Shown: positions 7,736-17,270 of the stretch, piece by piece
Layout of the letters: every line of letters begins with the position of its first letter
Position numbering within the stretch: the first letter of the stretch is position 1
Source: Epulopiscium sp. Nele67-Bin005
GTDB lineage: Bacteria; Bacillota; Clostridia; Lachnospirales; Cellulosilyticaceae
DNA length: 64,000 nucleotides
Reading direction: 5' to 3'
Assembly: GCA_002007365.1 (NCBI GenBank)
Contig: LNZR01000043.1
Location: 14,131 to 78,130 of the forward strand
Translations under genes and position numbers: made by a program
The notes under the pieces: model-generated
Seen by the model: only the letters and a program-made list of their open reading frames with translations
Databases searched by the model: none
Told to the model about the DNA's origin: nothing

Positions 7736-9091
7736 TTATCTAATATGTGCTAGGGCCTCACTCACGTTGCTAACACCAATAATCTCAATGCCTTTTGGTG
7801 CTGTAAGTTTGATTTGGTTGGCTTTTGGTAAAATACATTTTTTAAATCCGAGTTTCATAGCCTCCATTACTCTTTTTTCTGACATAGAAATCGCACGAAC
7901 TTCTCCCGTTAATCCAACTTCTCCAAAAACTACTGTATGAGGGTCAACATCTTTATTTCTAAAACTTGATGCAATAGCTATAATACTTGCCAAATCTAGT
8001 GCTGGCTCATTTATTTTGAGTCCTCCTGCAATATTTACATAAGCATCATAATTGGATAAATCAAGTCCACCCTTTTTATCCAAAACTGCTATTAAAAGTA
8101 CCATTCTATTGTAATCAATTCCTGTTGCTGTTCTTCTTGGCATTCCAAAACTAGTAAAACTTACCAAAGCTTGTACCTCAATCATCATCGGTCTTGTGCC
8201 TTCTATACTACAACTTACTACCGAACCTGCAACGTTCATTGGTCTTCCTGCTAACATCAATTCAGATGGATTTTTAACTTCCACCAAACCAACATCAACC
8301 ATCTCAAATACACCTATTTCATTTGTTGAGCCAAATCTATTTTTTACAGCTCTCAAAATTCTAAATGAGGCATGGCGTTCTCCCTCAAAATATAGCACAG
8401 TATCTACCATATGCTCCAATACTCGAGGTCCAGCTAATGCCCCCTCCTTTGTAACGTGTCCAACTATCATTATCGTTATATTTTCGCCTTTTGCAATGTT
8501 CATTAGCGTATGAGTTGCTTCTCGAACTTGACTTACACTCCCTGGGGCTGAATTTACATCTTCACAATACATAGTTTGAATTGAGTCCAAAATTACTATA
8601 TCTGGTTTGTTAGTTTTTAGGTGAGTTTCTATATTTTGCATATTTGTTTCTGCGAGCAAACTTAAATTTTCTGTACTAACTTTTAATCGTTCTCCACGAA
8701 GTTTAATTTGCGTTGTTGACTCTTCTCCCGAAATATACAAAACATCTTTATTTTGACGACCTATAGTTTCGCAAATTTGTAATAAAAGCGTTGATTTTCC
8801 TATCCCTGGGTCACCACCAACCAACACCAAAGACCCCCTAACTATTCCTCCTCCCAACACTCTATCAAGCTCTGTTAGACCTGTGGAGGTGCGAGTTTCA
8901 TCAACAATTTCAATGTCTTTTAGTTTTACAGGGGTATTTTTTATCGTTCGATTATCATTTATTTTTTGTTTGGGGTTTACTGTTTCTTCAACAAGACTTC
9001 CCCATTCATTACAAGATGGACATTTCCCAAGCCACTTTGCCGACTCATGCGCACAAGCTTGACAAACATAAATTTGTTTCTTTTTTGCCAT
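7736..9091 (-). CDS. radA: DNA repair protein RadA/Sms
   Basis: N-terminal zinc ribbon (CQACAHESAKWLGKCPSC), Walker A (GGDPGIGKST), KNRFG motif, Lon-like C-terminal domain. Confidence 0.93.
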   Translation of the reverse strand: MAKKKQIYVCQACAHESAKWLGKCPSCNEWGSLVEETVNPKQKINDNRTIKNTPVKLKDIEIVDETRTSTGLTELDRVLGGGIVRGSLVLVGGDPGIGKSTLLLQICETIGRQNKDVLYISGEESTTQIKLRGERLKVSTENLSLLAETNMQNIETHLKTNKPDIVILDSIQTMYCEDVNSAPGSVSQVREATHTLMNIAKGENITIMIVGHVTKEGALAGPRVLEHMVDTVLYFEGERHASFRILRAVKNRFGSTNEIGVFEMVDVGLVEVKNPSELMLAGRPMNVAGSVVSCSIEGTRPMMIEVQALVSFTSFGMPRRTATGIDYNRMVLLIAVLDKKGGLDLSNYDAYVNIAGGLKINEPALDLASIIAIASSFRNKDVDPHTVVFGEVGLTGEVRAISMSEKRVMEAMKLGFKKCILPKANQIKLTAPKGIEIIGVSNVSEALAHIR

Positions 9092-9147
9092 ATTTTCTCC
9101 TTAAAAAAAGCCACCTTATACGTTTTAGCATAAGATAGCTTTTTGTT

Positions 9148-9561
9148 TTAGCTTAATCTATTAAGTTCGATAAGTTGTTCTTCAGGTGTTGCCACTACTG
9201 AAAAATTTACTTTTCCTGTTGCTGTTGTTTGAACTTCACTAATAACTTTTTTATCTATTTTTAGTTCGTATGTTGTTTGAGGCTCTAGCTCCAAAGTAAT
9301 TTGCGTTGGTGCATAACCTTCCAACATAAATTTCACTTTTTCGCTCTCAACTTTAAAATGGTGAACTGCAGTTCCTGGAAGTGACTCATAAACTAAAACG
9401 TTATCTTTTTTTAGTTTTGTTACTTCTTTAAAACTTTTAGCTTTGTAAAAATTGCCTGATACTTCAAAGTTTTCTTTTTTCGTTTTAGTTGGTAAAGTGT
9501 AATCTCCAAAACTAAGTGTATCGTCCGAATTAATGCGAATAATATCTGTTATAACGCCCAT
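9148..9561 (-). CDS. Hypothetical protein (137 aa) between clpC and radA
   Basis: Long ORF in an operon-like position. No motif recognised. Confidence 0.55.
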   Translation of the reverse strand: MGVITDIIRINSDDTLSFGDYTLPTKTKKENFEVSGNFYKAKSFKEVTKLKKDNVLVYESLPGTAVHHFKVESEKVKFMLEGYAPTQITLELEPQTTYELKIDKKVISEVQTTATGKVNFSVVATPEEQLIELNRLS

Positions 9562-9735
9562 ATGTTTACCTCCGTTAAAGTAAATTTAATAAATTAGGCA
9601 GGTTTTCTACCTCTAATAAATTATTATCATTATACCACAAAAAATCCAAAAAATATATCACTAACTTTACGAATAATATCACTTTTAGTCAAATCGCTTG
9701 ATAAATATAGGATTTTTTGTGGATATTAATATTTT

Positions 9736-12177
9736 CTAGTTTGAACTAAAGGCAATCTTTTCATCTTTTACACTAATTTTTACGTTGTCACCTTCTCTAA
9801 TATTACCAACCAAAATTTCATCAGATAATTCATCTTCAATTTCTGATTGGATAGTTCTTCTTAATGGACGTGCTCCGTAAGTTGAATTGAAACCTTTTTT
9901 CGCCAAAAACGTAACTGCTTCATCTGTTAACATTAGCTCAATTCCAACATTTTTAGAGATGCGTTTAATTAAATTGTTTGTCATAACTTTTGCTATTTCT
10001 TCAATATGCTCTTGGTTAAGTGGGTGGAATACGATAGTTTCGTCTATACGATTTACAAACTCTGGTCTAAACAGGCGTTTGACTTCGTCCATAACCATTT
10101 TTTTCATATCTTTGTAATCTTTTTCTGTGTCAACAATATTGACAAATCCCATACGCTTTGGTTCAACAATATGTCTTGCTCCAATGTTAGATGTCATTAT
10201 AATAATAGTATTTTTGAAATCAATTTTGCGTCCCAATGAGTCTGTCATATGACCATCGTCCAAAATTTGAAGCAACATATTAAATGTATCTCCATGTGCT
10301 TTTTCGATTTCATCAAATAAAACTACAGAATATGGTTTTCTTCTTACTTTTTCAGTAAGCTGACCACCTTCTTCATGCCCAACATATCCAGGAGGCGCAC
10401 CAATTAATTTTGCTCCAGAATGTTGCTCCATATATTCACTCATATCAATTCTAATGATTGCATTTTCATCACCAAAAACTAGTTCTGCCAATGCTTTTGT
10501 AAGCTCTGTTTTACCAACTCCTGTAGGCCCTAAAAATAAGAATGAACCTATTGGACGATTTGGATCTTTAAGACCAACACGCCCTCTTCTTACAGCTTTT
10601 GCCACACTTTTTACTGCTTCTTCTTGCCCAATAATTCTCTCATGAAGCAATTTTTCCAAATCACGAAGTTTTTCGCTTTCTTCTTGTGCCAAACGTTTTA
10701 CAGGAATGTGAACCCAACTACTTACAACTTCTGCAATATCTTCAGCGTTTACAACTTGATGGCTCTTAGTTTGCTTAGTTTCCCATTCCTCTTTGTGTTT
10801 TTCTAGCTCAATTTTTAATTCGTTTTCTTCATTTTTAAATTCTTGAGCTTGGATATAATTTTCTGTAATTAGAGCTAATTCTTTTTGTTTATTAAGCTCC
10901 AACAATTTTCCTTCCAAAGCTTTAACTTGGTCTGGAGAAGTATAGGCTCTTAGTTTTACTCGAGAAGCCGCCTCATCAATTAAATCTATAGCTTTATCTG
11001 GCAATAATCTGTCTGTAATATAGCGATTTGACAATTTTACAGCTGATAAAATTGCCTCATCTAAAATTGTTGCCTCATGGTGAATTTCATATTTTTCTTT
11101 AATTCCTTGCAAAATTTCAATCGTTTCTTCAACACTTGGCTCATCAACTTGCACTGGCTGAAAACGACGTTCAAGAGCTGAGTCTTTTTCGATATATTTG
11201 CGATATTCTTTATAAGTTGTTGCTCCAATTAATTGTAATTCGCCTCTTGCAAGCGTTGGTTTTAGTATGTTTGAAGCGTCCATAGTTCCTTCTGCCGAAC
11301 CTGCTCCTATAATAGTGTGTAACTCATCAATAAATAAAATTACATCAGAACTTTGCGTAATTTCTTTAATAACTTTTGTAATTCTCTCCTCAAAATCACC
11401 ACGGTATCTAGTTCCCGAAATCATTACCGATAAATCAAGTGCCACAACTCTTTTTCCTTTTAAAAGTTCTGGTACATTCCCAGCAATAATTCTTTGGGCT
11501 AACCCTTCAACTACAGCAGTTTTACCAACTCCTGGCTCTCCTACTAAACATGGATTATTTTTTGTACGACGAGATAAAATTTGGATCAAACGTTCAATTT
11601 CTGTGCCACGTCCAACGATAGGATCAAAACGGTCTTCTCTTGCAAGCTCAGTTAAATCACGGCTATATTTATCAAGAGTTGGCGTATTACTTGCAATTTT
11701 TTCTCTTGTAGTATCAGCATGGAACGTCATTTCCTGAACTCTATCTTTAGATATTATCATATTTAGACTAGAGTATAATGCATTTGTATCAACGTCTAAT
11801 TTCTCAAGAATACTAACTGCCACACATCTACTCTCTTTTAAAATTGTCATCAACAAATGTTCTGTACCGATTTTATTAGCACCAGTTTGTTTTGCAAGCA
11901 CCATAGATTTTTCCAAAACTCTTTGCATTCTTGGCGTATAACCTCTAGTTACTGTATTGCTGTCGCTACCTTTTCCTAATTCTTCACGTACTTTTTCAAT
12001 AATCATATCTTCTGTAATTTTTTGCTTGCTAAGCGCTTTTTGAGCCACAGAATGATCGATGTGAGAAAGCCCGATGAGTGCGTGTTCTGTTCCTAAGTAA
12101 GCGTGTCTAAATTGAGTCATAATTTTTTGAGCATGATCTAATGCTTGTTGTGCTTGGGGTGTAAATTGACTTTGCAT
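9736..12177 (-). CDS. clpC: ATP-dependent Clp protease ATP-binding subunit ClpC
   Basis: 813 aa. Duplicated Clp_N repeat, two AAA+ modules (GEPGVGKT and GPTGVGKT Walker A motifs), UVR-like linker. Confidence 0.93.
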   Translation of the reverse strand: MQSQFTPQAQQALDHAQKIMTQFRHAYLGTEHALIGLSHIDHSVAQKALSKQKITEDMIIEKVREELGKGSDSNTVTRGYTPRMQRVLEKSMVLAKQTGANKIGTEHLLMTILKESRCVAVSILEKLDVDTNALYSSLNMIISKDRVQEMTFHADTTREKIASNTPTLDKYSRDLTELAREDRFDPIVGRGTEIERLIQILSRRTKNNPCLVGEPGVGKTAVVEGLAQRIIAGNVPELLKGKRVVALDLSVMISGTRYRGDFEERITKVIKEITQSSDVILFIDELHTIIGAGSAEGTMDASNILKPTLARGELQLIGATTYKEYRKYIEKDSALERRFQPVQVDEPSVEETIEILQGIKEKYEIHHEATILDEAILSAVKLSNRYITDRLLPDKAIDLIDEAASRVKLRAYTSPDQVKALEGKLLELNKQKELALITENYIQAQEFKNEENELKIELEKHKEEWETKQTKSHQVVNAEDIAEVVSSWVHIPVKRLAQEESEKLRDLEKLLHERIIGQEEAVKSVAKAVRRGRVGLKDPNRPIGSFLFLGPTGVGKTELTKALAELVFGDENAIIRIDMSEYMEQHSGAKLIGAPPGYVGHEEGGQLTEKVRRKPYSVVLFDEIEKAHGDTFNMLLQILDDGHMTDSLGRKIDFKNTIIIMTSNIGARHIVEPKRMGFVNIVDTEKDYKDMKKMVMDEVKRLFRPEFVNRIDETIVFHPLNQEHIEEIAKVMTNNLIKRISKNVGIELMLTDEAVTFLAKKGFNSTYGARPLRRTIQSEIEDELSDEILVGNIREGDNVKISVKDEKIAFSSN

Positions 12178-12206
12178 AGTTAAAATTCCTACCTCTCATA
12201 TTTTAA

Positions 12207-12605
12207 TTAATCAATCTTTGTTCCACAATTTGTACAAAATTCTGTGTCTGGAGCATTTCCAATGTAGCAATTTGGACAAAAGTGTAATAGTTTTATATGC
12301 TTAATCTCATTTGGTGTCATATTTGATTGAGTTGGCTCTAAAGTTTTTTCAAGCTCCTCAATTTTGTGAAGTAAATTTTCAATCTTATCACAAACTAGTG
12401 GGTCAAGCATCACTGCCTCACCAAGCTTTTGACGCTGATAAAAGCAACTTTCCCCCAATTGTTGATAAAGTTTTTTTAGTTCATTTTTGCAAGATAAAAT
12501 TTCTGTACGACATTTTGTATTGTCAATAGTTTTATGTGTTTGAGTTGAAACTCCTTTGTAAGTATCCTTCAAATTTTTTCCAAGTTGCTCCACAATGTGC
12601 TTCAC
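12207..12605 (-). CDS. Coiled-coil protein with a C-terminal zinc ribbon, probably co-transcribed with clpC
   Basis: CPNC-x13-CTNC at the C-terminus. GGAGGG SD and a GTG start. The stop lies 29 nt upstream of the clpC ATG. Confidence 0.6.
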   Translation of the reverse strand: MKHIVEQLGKNLKDTYKGVSTQTHKTIDNTKCRTEILSCKNELKKLYQQLGESCFYQRQKLGEAVMLDPLVCDKIENLLHKIEELEKTLEPTQSNMTPNEIKHIKLLHFCPNCYIGNAPDTEFCTNCGTKID

Positions 12606-13034
12606 GATATCCCTCCTACTATAAGATGAGCTAGGTTAAAATTAACCAAGCATTATCTAAAAATTTTTCTAATGTTAATATCTTATAGCATTTTAACTAA
12701 TAAAACAATTATTTTTTCTATTCTTTTGCAAGATAAATTTTACCTAAGCCAAAAATTCCCATTAAAAATTTATTAGCTCCTACTTTAAGTATGCCCCTCC
12801 CCTAAAGAAAGAATACTTATTTTCTAACGAATATATGCACTTTCTAACAAAATTTCTTTTAATTGTAACAAAATTGTGGATAAATAAAATTTTAACAGCT
12901 TATTATCGACACATAAAGACACCTATTATTCAATATTGCTGTACTGGAGTTAAATTATATCTCAAAACACAAAATATATTCCCCAGTCCAACAAAAAAAT
13001 TATAATTTCTAAATCCCAAATATTTTTGCACATC

Positions 13035-13060
13035 AAAAAACCCTAGAAATTTTTCTAGGG
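13035..13060 (-). terminator. Rho-independent terminator downstream of mazF
   Basis: CCCTAGAAA/TTTCTAGGG stem, with a T-run on the minus strand. Confidence 0.75.
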
Positions 13061-13072
13061 CTACCGTGTATT

Positions 13073-13429
13073 TTATGTATCTACCTCAAAACTTACCTTG
13101 AGTGCTTTATCTACTTTTTTCATTAAATCACTATCTAAATGACAAATCTTCTCTTTTAGGCGCTTTTTATCAATGGTCCTAATTTGCTCAAGAAGAATTA
13201 CCGAGCGTTTAACAATTTCATAGTTATTATCATCAATTTCAACGTGTGTTGGTAACTTTGCTTTATTTATTTTTGATGTAATTGCTGCACAAATTATTGT
13301 TGGGCTAAATTTATTTCCCATATCATTTTGAATAACTAAAACAGGGCGAATTCCACCTTGCTCCGACCCAATAACTGGGCTTAAATCTGCATAAAATATA
13401 TCTCCTCGTTTGACTACCACTCTACTCAC
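13073..13429 (-). CDS. mazF: MazF/PemK-family endoribonuclease toxin (EndoA-like)
   Basis: [30 protein letters not shown]...KLPTHVEI closely follows B. subtilis EndoA (NdoA). GTG start. The exact start (13429 or about 13420) is uncertain. Confidence 0.9.
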   Translation of the reverse strand: MSRVVVKRGDIFYADLSPVIGSEQGGIRPVLVIQNDMGNKFSPTIICAAITSKINKAKLPTHVEIDDNNYEIVKRSVILLEQIRTIDKKRLKEKICHLDSDLMKKVDKALKVSFEVDT

Positions 13430-13625
13430 TCTCCACTATACAATCATAATAAGATTGAACCTCACTTTCTACTTGAAAATATAATTTTGATATCGCTAAA
13501 TTGATATCTGCCATCTCTTGATAACCTCTTTTCATCATGTTCAATGTCACCTTGTCAACTTTATTTTTGTCAATTTTCTTAAAAGGTCGGTTATTTGCTT
13601 TTGTATCTGCTAAATAGCCAAACAT
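13422..13625 (-). CDS. mazE: Antitoxin of the EndoAI/MazE type (short form, 67 aa)
   Basis: The C-terminal [26 protein letters not shown] matches the toxin-binding tail of EndoAI. I chose the internal Met (MFGYLAD) with a GGGAG SD, because the longer ORF would overlap alr. Confidence 0.7.
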   Translation of the reverse strand: MFGYLADTKANNRPFKKIDKNKVDKVTLNMMKRGYQEMADINLAISKLYFQVESEVQSYYDCIVESE

Positions 13626-13669
13626 TGCAAACCACTCCCTAACTCTTATAATCAAAATACAATATATGC

Positions 13670-14797
13670 TTAAATATAAATTCTTGGTACACGTTTTCCA
13701 ATCATACAAATTACTTCATAATTTATCGTGTCAATTATCATTGCAATTTCTTCTGCTGAAATAGTTTTATCATTTTGCGTTCCTAAAACTACTACTTCAT
13801 CACCAATTTGAATGTCTTTAATATGAGTAACATCAACCATAAATTGGTCCATACATACTGTGCCTACAACGTTTGCATATTCCCCACGGATTAAGACTCT
13901 TCCTTTATTAGAAAGCCGTCTTGAGTATCCATCGGCGTATCCTATAGGAATTGTGGCAATTTTACATTTTTGGTTTGTTTGATAAGTTTTACCATAACTA
14001 ATAAATTGGTCTTTGCACAATTCTTTTATATGCACCACTTGAGTTTTAATCGTCATAGCAGGCATCAGCTCAATTTTTTTGTGCGATAAATAATTTGATG
14101 GATAATAGCCATACAAAATAATCCCTGTTCTAACTACATCTAAATGTGTATATTCATGTGCAATTGTCGCTGCACTATTTGATGCATGAGCTACAGGTAA
14201 TTGTATGCCTACAGTTTTTAGTTCATGTAAAAAACCTTTAAAAACACTCCATTGCTCCTTAGTATACGTAATATCTTGTTCATCTGAAGTAGAAAAATGC
14301 GTGAATATACCCTCTAAATTAATATTTGGCAATTGTTCAATTTTTTTGATATCATTAATGCTTTGCGAGTTAGGCAAAAACCCTATTCTCCCCATACCAG
14401 TATCAACTTTAATATGGACATTTATTGTTTTTCCAAACCTTTTTGCTTCTTTGGAGATAACTTCTGCCATCTCATAAGAAAAAATTGTTTGAGTCAAATT
14501 ATTTAAAATGAGCATTTCAATATCCATAGGAGGCGTATAACCAAGCACTAAAATTTGTGAGTGAATACCTGATAATCTAAGCTCCTCACCCTCCTTAGCA
14601 ATAGCTACTGCAAAACGGCTAACCCCTTCTTTTTGAAGGATATTCGCACTTTCTATTGCACCATGACCATACCCATCAGCTTTTACAATTGCCATAATAT
14701 CCACTTCTTTAGAAACGAACTTACGCACCTGATGATAATTATGTTTTATGGCCTTTGTACTAATCTCTGCAATAACTCGTGGTCTACTCAATCTCAT
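13670..14797 (-). CDS. alr: Alanine racemase
   Basis: PLP-lysine motif AIVKADGYGHG, typical length (375 aa), conserved position upstream of mazEF as in Bacillus. Confidence 0.92.
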   Translation of the reverse strand: MRLSRPRVIAEISTKAIKHNYHQVRKFVSKEVDIMAIVKADGYGHGAIESANILQKEGVSRFAVAIAKEGEELRLSGIHSQILVLGYTPPMDIEMLILNNLTQTIFSYEMAEVISKEAKRFGKTINVHIKVDTGMGRIGFLPNSQSINDIKKIEQLPNINLEGIFTHFSTSDEQDITYTKEQWSVFKGFLHELKTVGIQLPVAHASNSAATIAHEYTHLDVVRTGIILYGYYPSNYLSHKKIELMPAMTIKTQVVHIKELCKDQFISYGKTYQTNQKCKIATIPIGYADGYSRRLSNKGRVLIRGEYANVVGTVCMDQFMVDVTHIKDIQIGDEVVVLGTQNDKTISAEEIAMIIDTINYEVICMIGKRVPRIYI

Positions 14798-15140
14798 ATT
14801 TGACTGTTACCAACTATAACATCTTTAGAAAATCAAATTAATATTTACGTCTTAGCTTAACATAAATATGGTTAACTTTACAACATTAATCGTTAGTAAC
14901 TTCCTCCTTTTTTGTAAAATTTATTTTTTGTAGATGACTAAAATAGTTTTAAATATACACTTAAATATATACTCTTACTATTAATTAAGTATGAAAACTC
15001 TTGAACATTTTATTCTAAAATTCTTGTTTGGTTTTTAATGTTTGGCTAAATATTTTCAATTTCTCCAACAATTTGTCTATTGTTGTCTTTTTAAAGTGAG
15101 GTGTAATCTTTAAATTTAATCTTATGTAAAAACTTTGATG

Positions 15141-15512
15141 TTATTTTTCTAAAATCACCGTTGCTACTGCATATAATTTACAATGCGAAATGCTCACATG
15201 GATATTATTAATATTATTTTGTAATACAATTTTTTGTGCATTACCCAAAAGCTCTATGTATGGTTTTCCTAAACTATCCCGTAAAACTTGAACTTCTCTT
15301 AATTCAATATTTCTAAATCCTGTGCCTAATGCTTTGCTAAATGCTTCTTTGGTAGCAAAATTCCCAGCTATACTTTCTACCTTATTTCCATTTTCTAAAA
15401 ACATTTGTAGCTCCTTATCGGTAAATGCTTTTGTACAAAATGATGGCATTTTTTCTATGGCTTTTGCAATTCTGTCAATTTCTATAATATCTGTACCCAA
15501 ACCAAAAATCAT
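15141..15512 (-). CDS. acpS: Holo-[acyl-carrier-protein] synthase
   Basis: MIFGLGTDIIEIDRI N-terminus, 123 aa, KEAFSKALGTG motif. Confidence 0.9.
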   Translation of the reverse strand: MIFGLGTDIIEIDRIAKAIEKMPSFCTKAFTDKELQMFLENGNKVESIAGNFATKEAFSKALGTGFRNIELREVQVLRDSLGKPYIELLGNAQKIVLQNNINNIHVSISHCKLYAVATVILEK

Positions 15513-16168
15513 GCTTCAACTTCCTCCACAATTTTATCAAGCTTATCAACATATTTATACCCCATCATATCATGTAGATAATTGTATAGTTGTCCATAAT
15601 CTTTGTTTGACTGCTTTTTCGCTTCTGTTTTTTCTAATAATAAAGCTCGCAAATCATCAATTTCTAATTCCAGAGTTTCCCTAGTTGATTTATGATGCTC
15701 CATAAAACCATAACATTTTATTACAACATTTTCAACCAGTTCCAAATTAATGCTTTCTAATTTTTGTTCAGCATTTGTTAACTTGGTTTCTAATTTTGCA
15801 ATAATATCATTATTTTTAAGTAGTGCATCTCTTGCAGCATCAAGGTCATCACAATCATCTGGGTGTTCTTGAGCCTCTTCACTAAATTTCAAAATTTTTT
15901 CCATCAATTTAGTTTTTACAACTTGAGCCTCTTTTAAGTCGTTAGTAAGCTGACCTTGTTGTTGCAAATAATGATTAACATCTTTTTCTAAACTTTCAAT
16001 TTTTCTATCAACTACAATTTCTTTAATTTGATACCAAGTGTTATCTAGCGTTAAAATAGGTAACTTGTTTTCTCGTAGCAACATACGAATTCGTTCAATT
16101 TCAACAAAAGATAACTCTTCCATATCATGGTTATTTTTATTCTTACCAAATTTAAACTTTTTAAACAT
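15509..16168 (-). CDS. Coiled-coil hypothetical protein, translationally coupled to acpS
   Basis: 219 aa and charged/heptad-rich. Its TGA stop overlaps the acpS ATG (ATGA). Confidence 0.6.
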   Translation of the reverse strand: MFKKFKFGKNKNNHDMEELSFVEIERIRMLLRENKLPILTLDNTWYQIKEIVVDRKIESLEKDVNHYLQQQGQLTNDLKEAQVVKTKLMEKILKFSEEAQEHPDDCDDLDAARDALLKNNDIIAKLETKLTNAEQKLESINLELVENVVIKCYGFMEHHKSTRETLELEIDDLRALLLEKTEAKKQSNKDYGQLYNYLHDMMGYKYVDKLDKIVEEVEA

Positions 16169-16333
16169 AAAATCTCCTACTTTTGTAAATTATTTAATTC
16201 ATTTATCGTCAAAGTATTCTCCTTTAATTAAAATTTCTTATTTAAAATGTTGATTAATAAAATTGGGTCAAAGGATATTATTAAACTTGACCCTAAGTAA
16301 AATTATCATAATCTATATTTTAATAAGTAATCT

Positions 16334-16960
16334 TTAGTCATTATGGATTTGATAGGCAAGTGTCATCAATGAATGAAACAGATGGACATTTTCAATTTCC
16401 ATATCTCCATTTATAAATAAATCTTCTGGAGTAAAATTCCAAAGTCCTTTAACTCCCCAGTCTGATAGGTTTTGAGCCATATCTTTAGCTCCCGCCTTTG
16501 GAGTTGCCAAAATTGCAATATCCACAGAATTTTCCTTTATAAATTGTTCCAAATTGTCAATATCAAGAACTTCAATTCCTCTCATTTTTAGGCCAACAAG
16601 TTTTGGATTAATATCAAAAATACCAATTAAATGAAAACCCTGCCTCCCAAAAGATGTATAATTTGCAAGGGCTTGACCCAAATTCCCTGCCCCAATTAAT
16701 ATCATGTTATGAAGTTGGTCTTGACCCAAAATTTTACCAATTTCATTATATAAATACTCAACATTATAGCCATACCCTTGTTGCCCAAACCCTCCAAAAT
16801 TATTCAAATCTTGACGAATTTGAGATGCTGTAACTTGCATAGTATCGCTTAAATCTTGAGATGAAATTTTCGTAACTCCATTATTTAATAATTCACCTAA
16901 ATACTTATAATACCTTGGAAGCCTTCTAATGACTGCCATCGAAATTTTACGTTGCGACAT
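16334..16960 (-). CDS. rex: Redox-sensing transcriptional repressor Rex
   Basis: Winged-helix N-terminus (VIRRLPRYYKYL, ISS..L), Rossmann GAGNLG motif, 208 aa. Confidence 0.9.
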   Translation of the reverse strand: MSQRKISMAVIRRLPRYYKYLGELLNNGVTKISSQDLSDTMQVTASQIRQDLNNFGGFGQQGYGYNVEYLYNEIGKILGQDQLHNMILIGAGNLGQALANYTSFGRQGFHLIGIFDINPKLVGLKMRGIEVLDIDNLEQFIKENSVDIAILATPKAGAKDMAQNLSDWGVKGLWNFTPEDLFINGDMEIENVHLFHSLMTLAYQIHND

Positions 16961-17270
16961 TGTCCTTCCTCCTTTTTATAAATTATTTTGAAAAGCTAAA
17001 TGCTGTCCAATTTCTATTGTACCACGTTTGAGGCTTTATGTCACAACCTTAACGCAATTTACTTTTAATTTTTGGTGTTTTCTGTTAGTATAATACATAA
17101 AATATGAATAGTTTGTTGAATAATTTGTTTTTGTGCATTACTAAGGCAGAAACTAACCAAAATTCTCCCAAAATTTTTGTAAAATATATTTCTTATTAAT
17201 TGGAATATCACCATTTTTTTTGGTTTTATTCAACTTTTTAAAATTTTTTATTTCAGGAAGGAACTTTTTT

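Noticed and set aside
11267-11737. A 156-aa plus-strand ORF inside clpC, and similar short ORFs at 9887-10806, 8196-8513, 14205-14477 and 61152-61499.
   Set aside because: They are antisense to strongly supported housekeeping genes, lack ribosome-binding sites, and give hydrophobic or low-complexity translations.
16961-17219. A search for Rex operators (TTGTGAA-N4-TTCACAA) near rex and elsewhere.
   Set aside because: I found only half-sites (for example TTGTGAA at about 4170 and 4897 in the SASP-like leaders) and no full palindrome, so no Rex site is called.
17220-17270. The TTG-initiated 17-codon extension of the ABC-F gene.
   Set aside because: The extension is hydrophobic and Phe-rich with no SD. 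The ATG at 17271 is preceded by GGAAGGAA and gives the usual ABC-F N-terminus.
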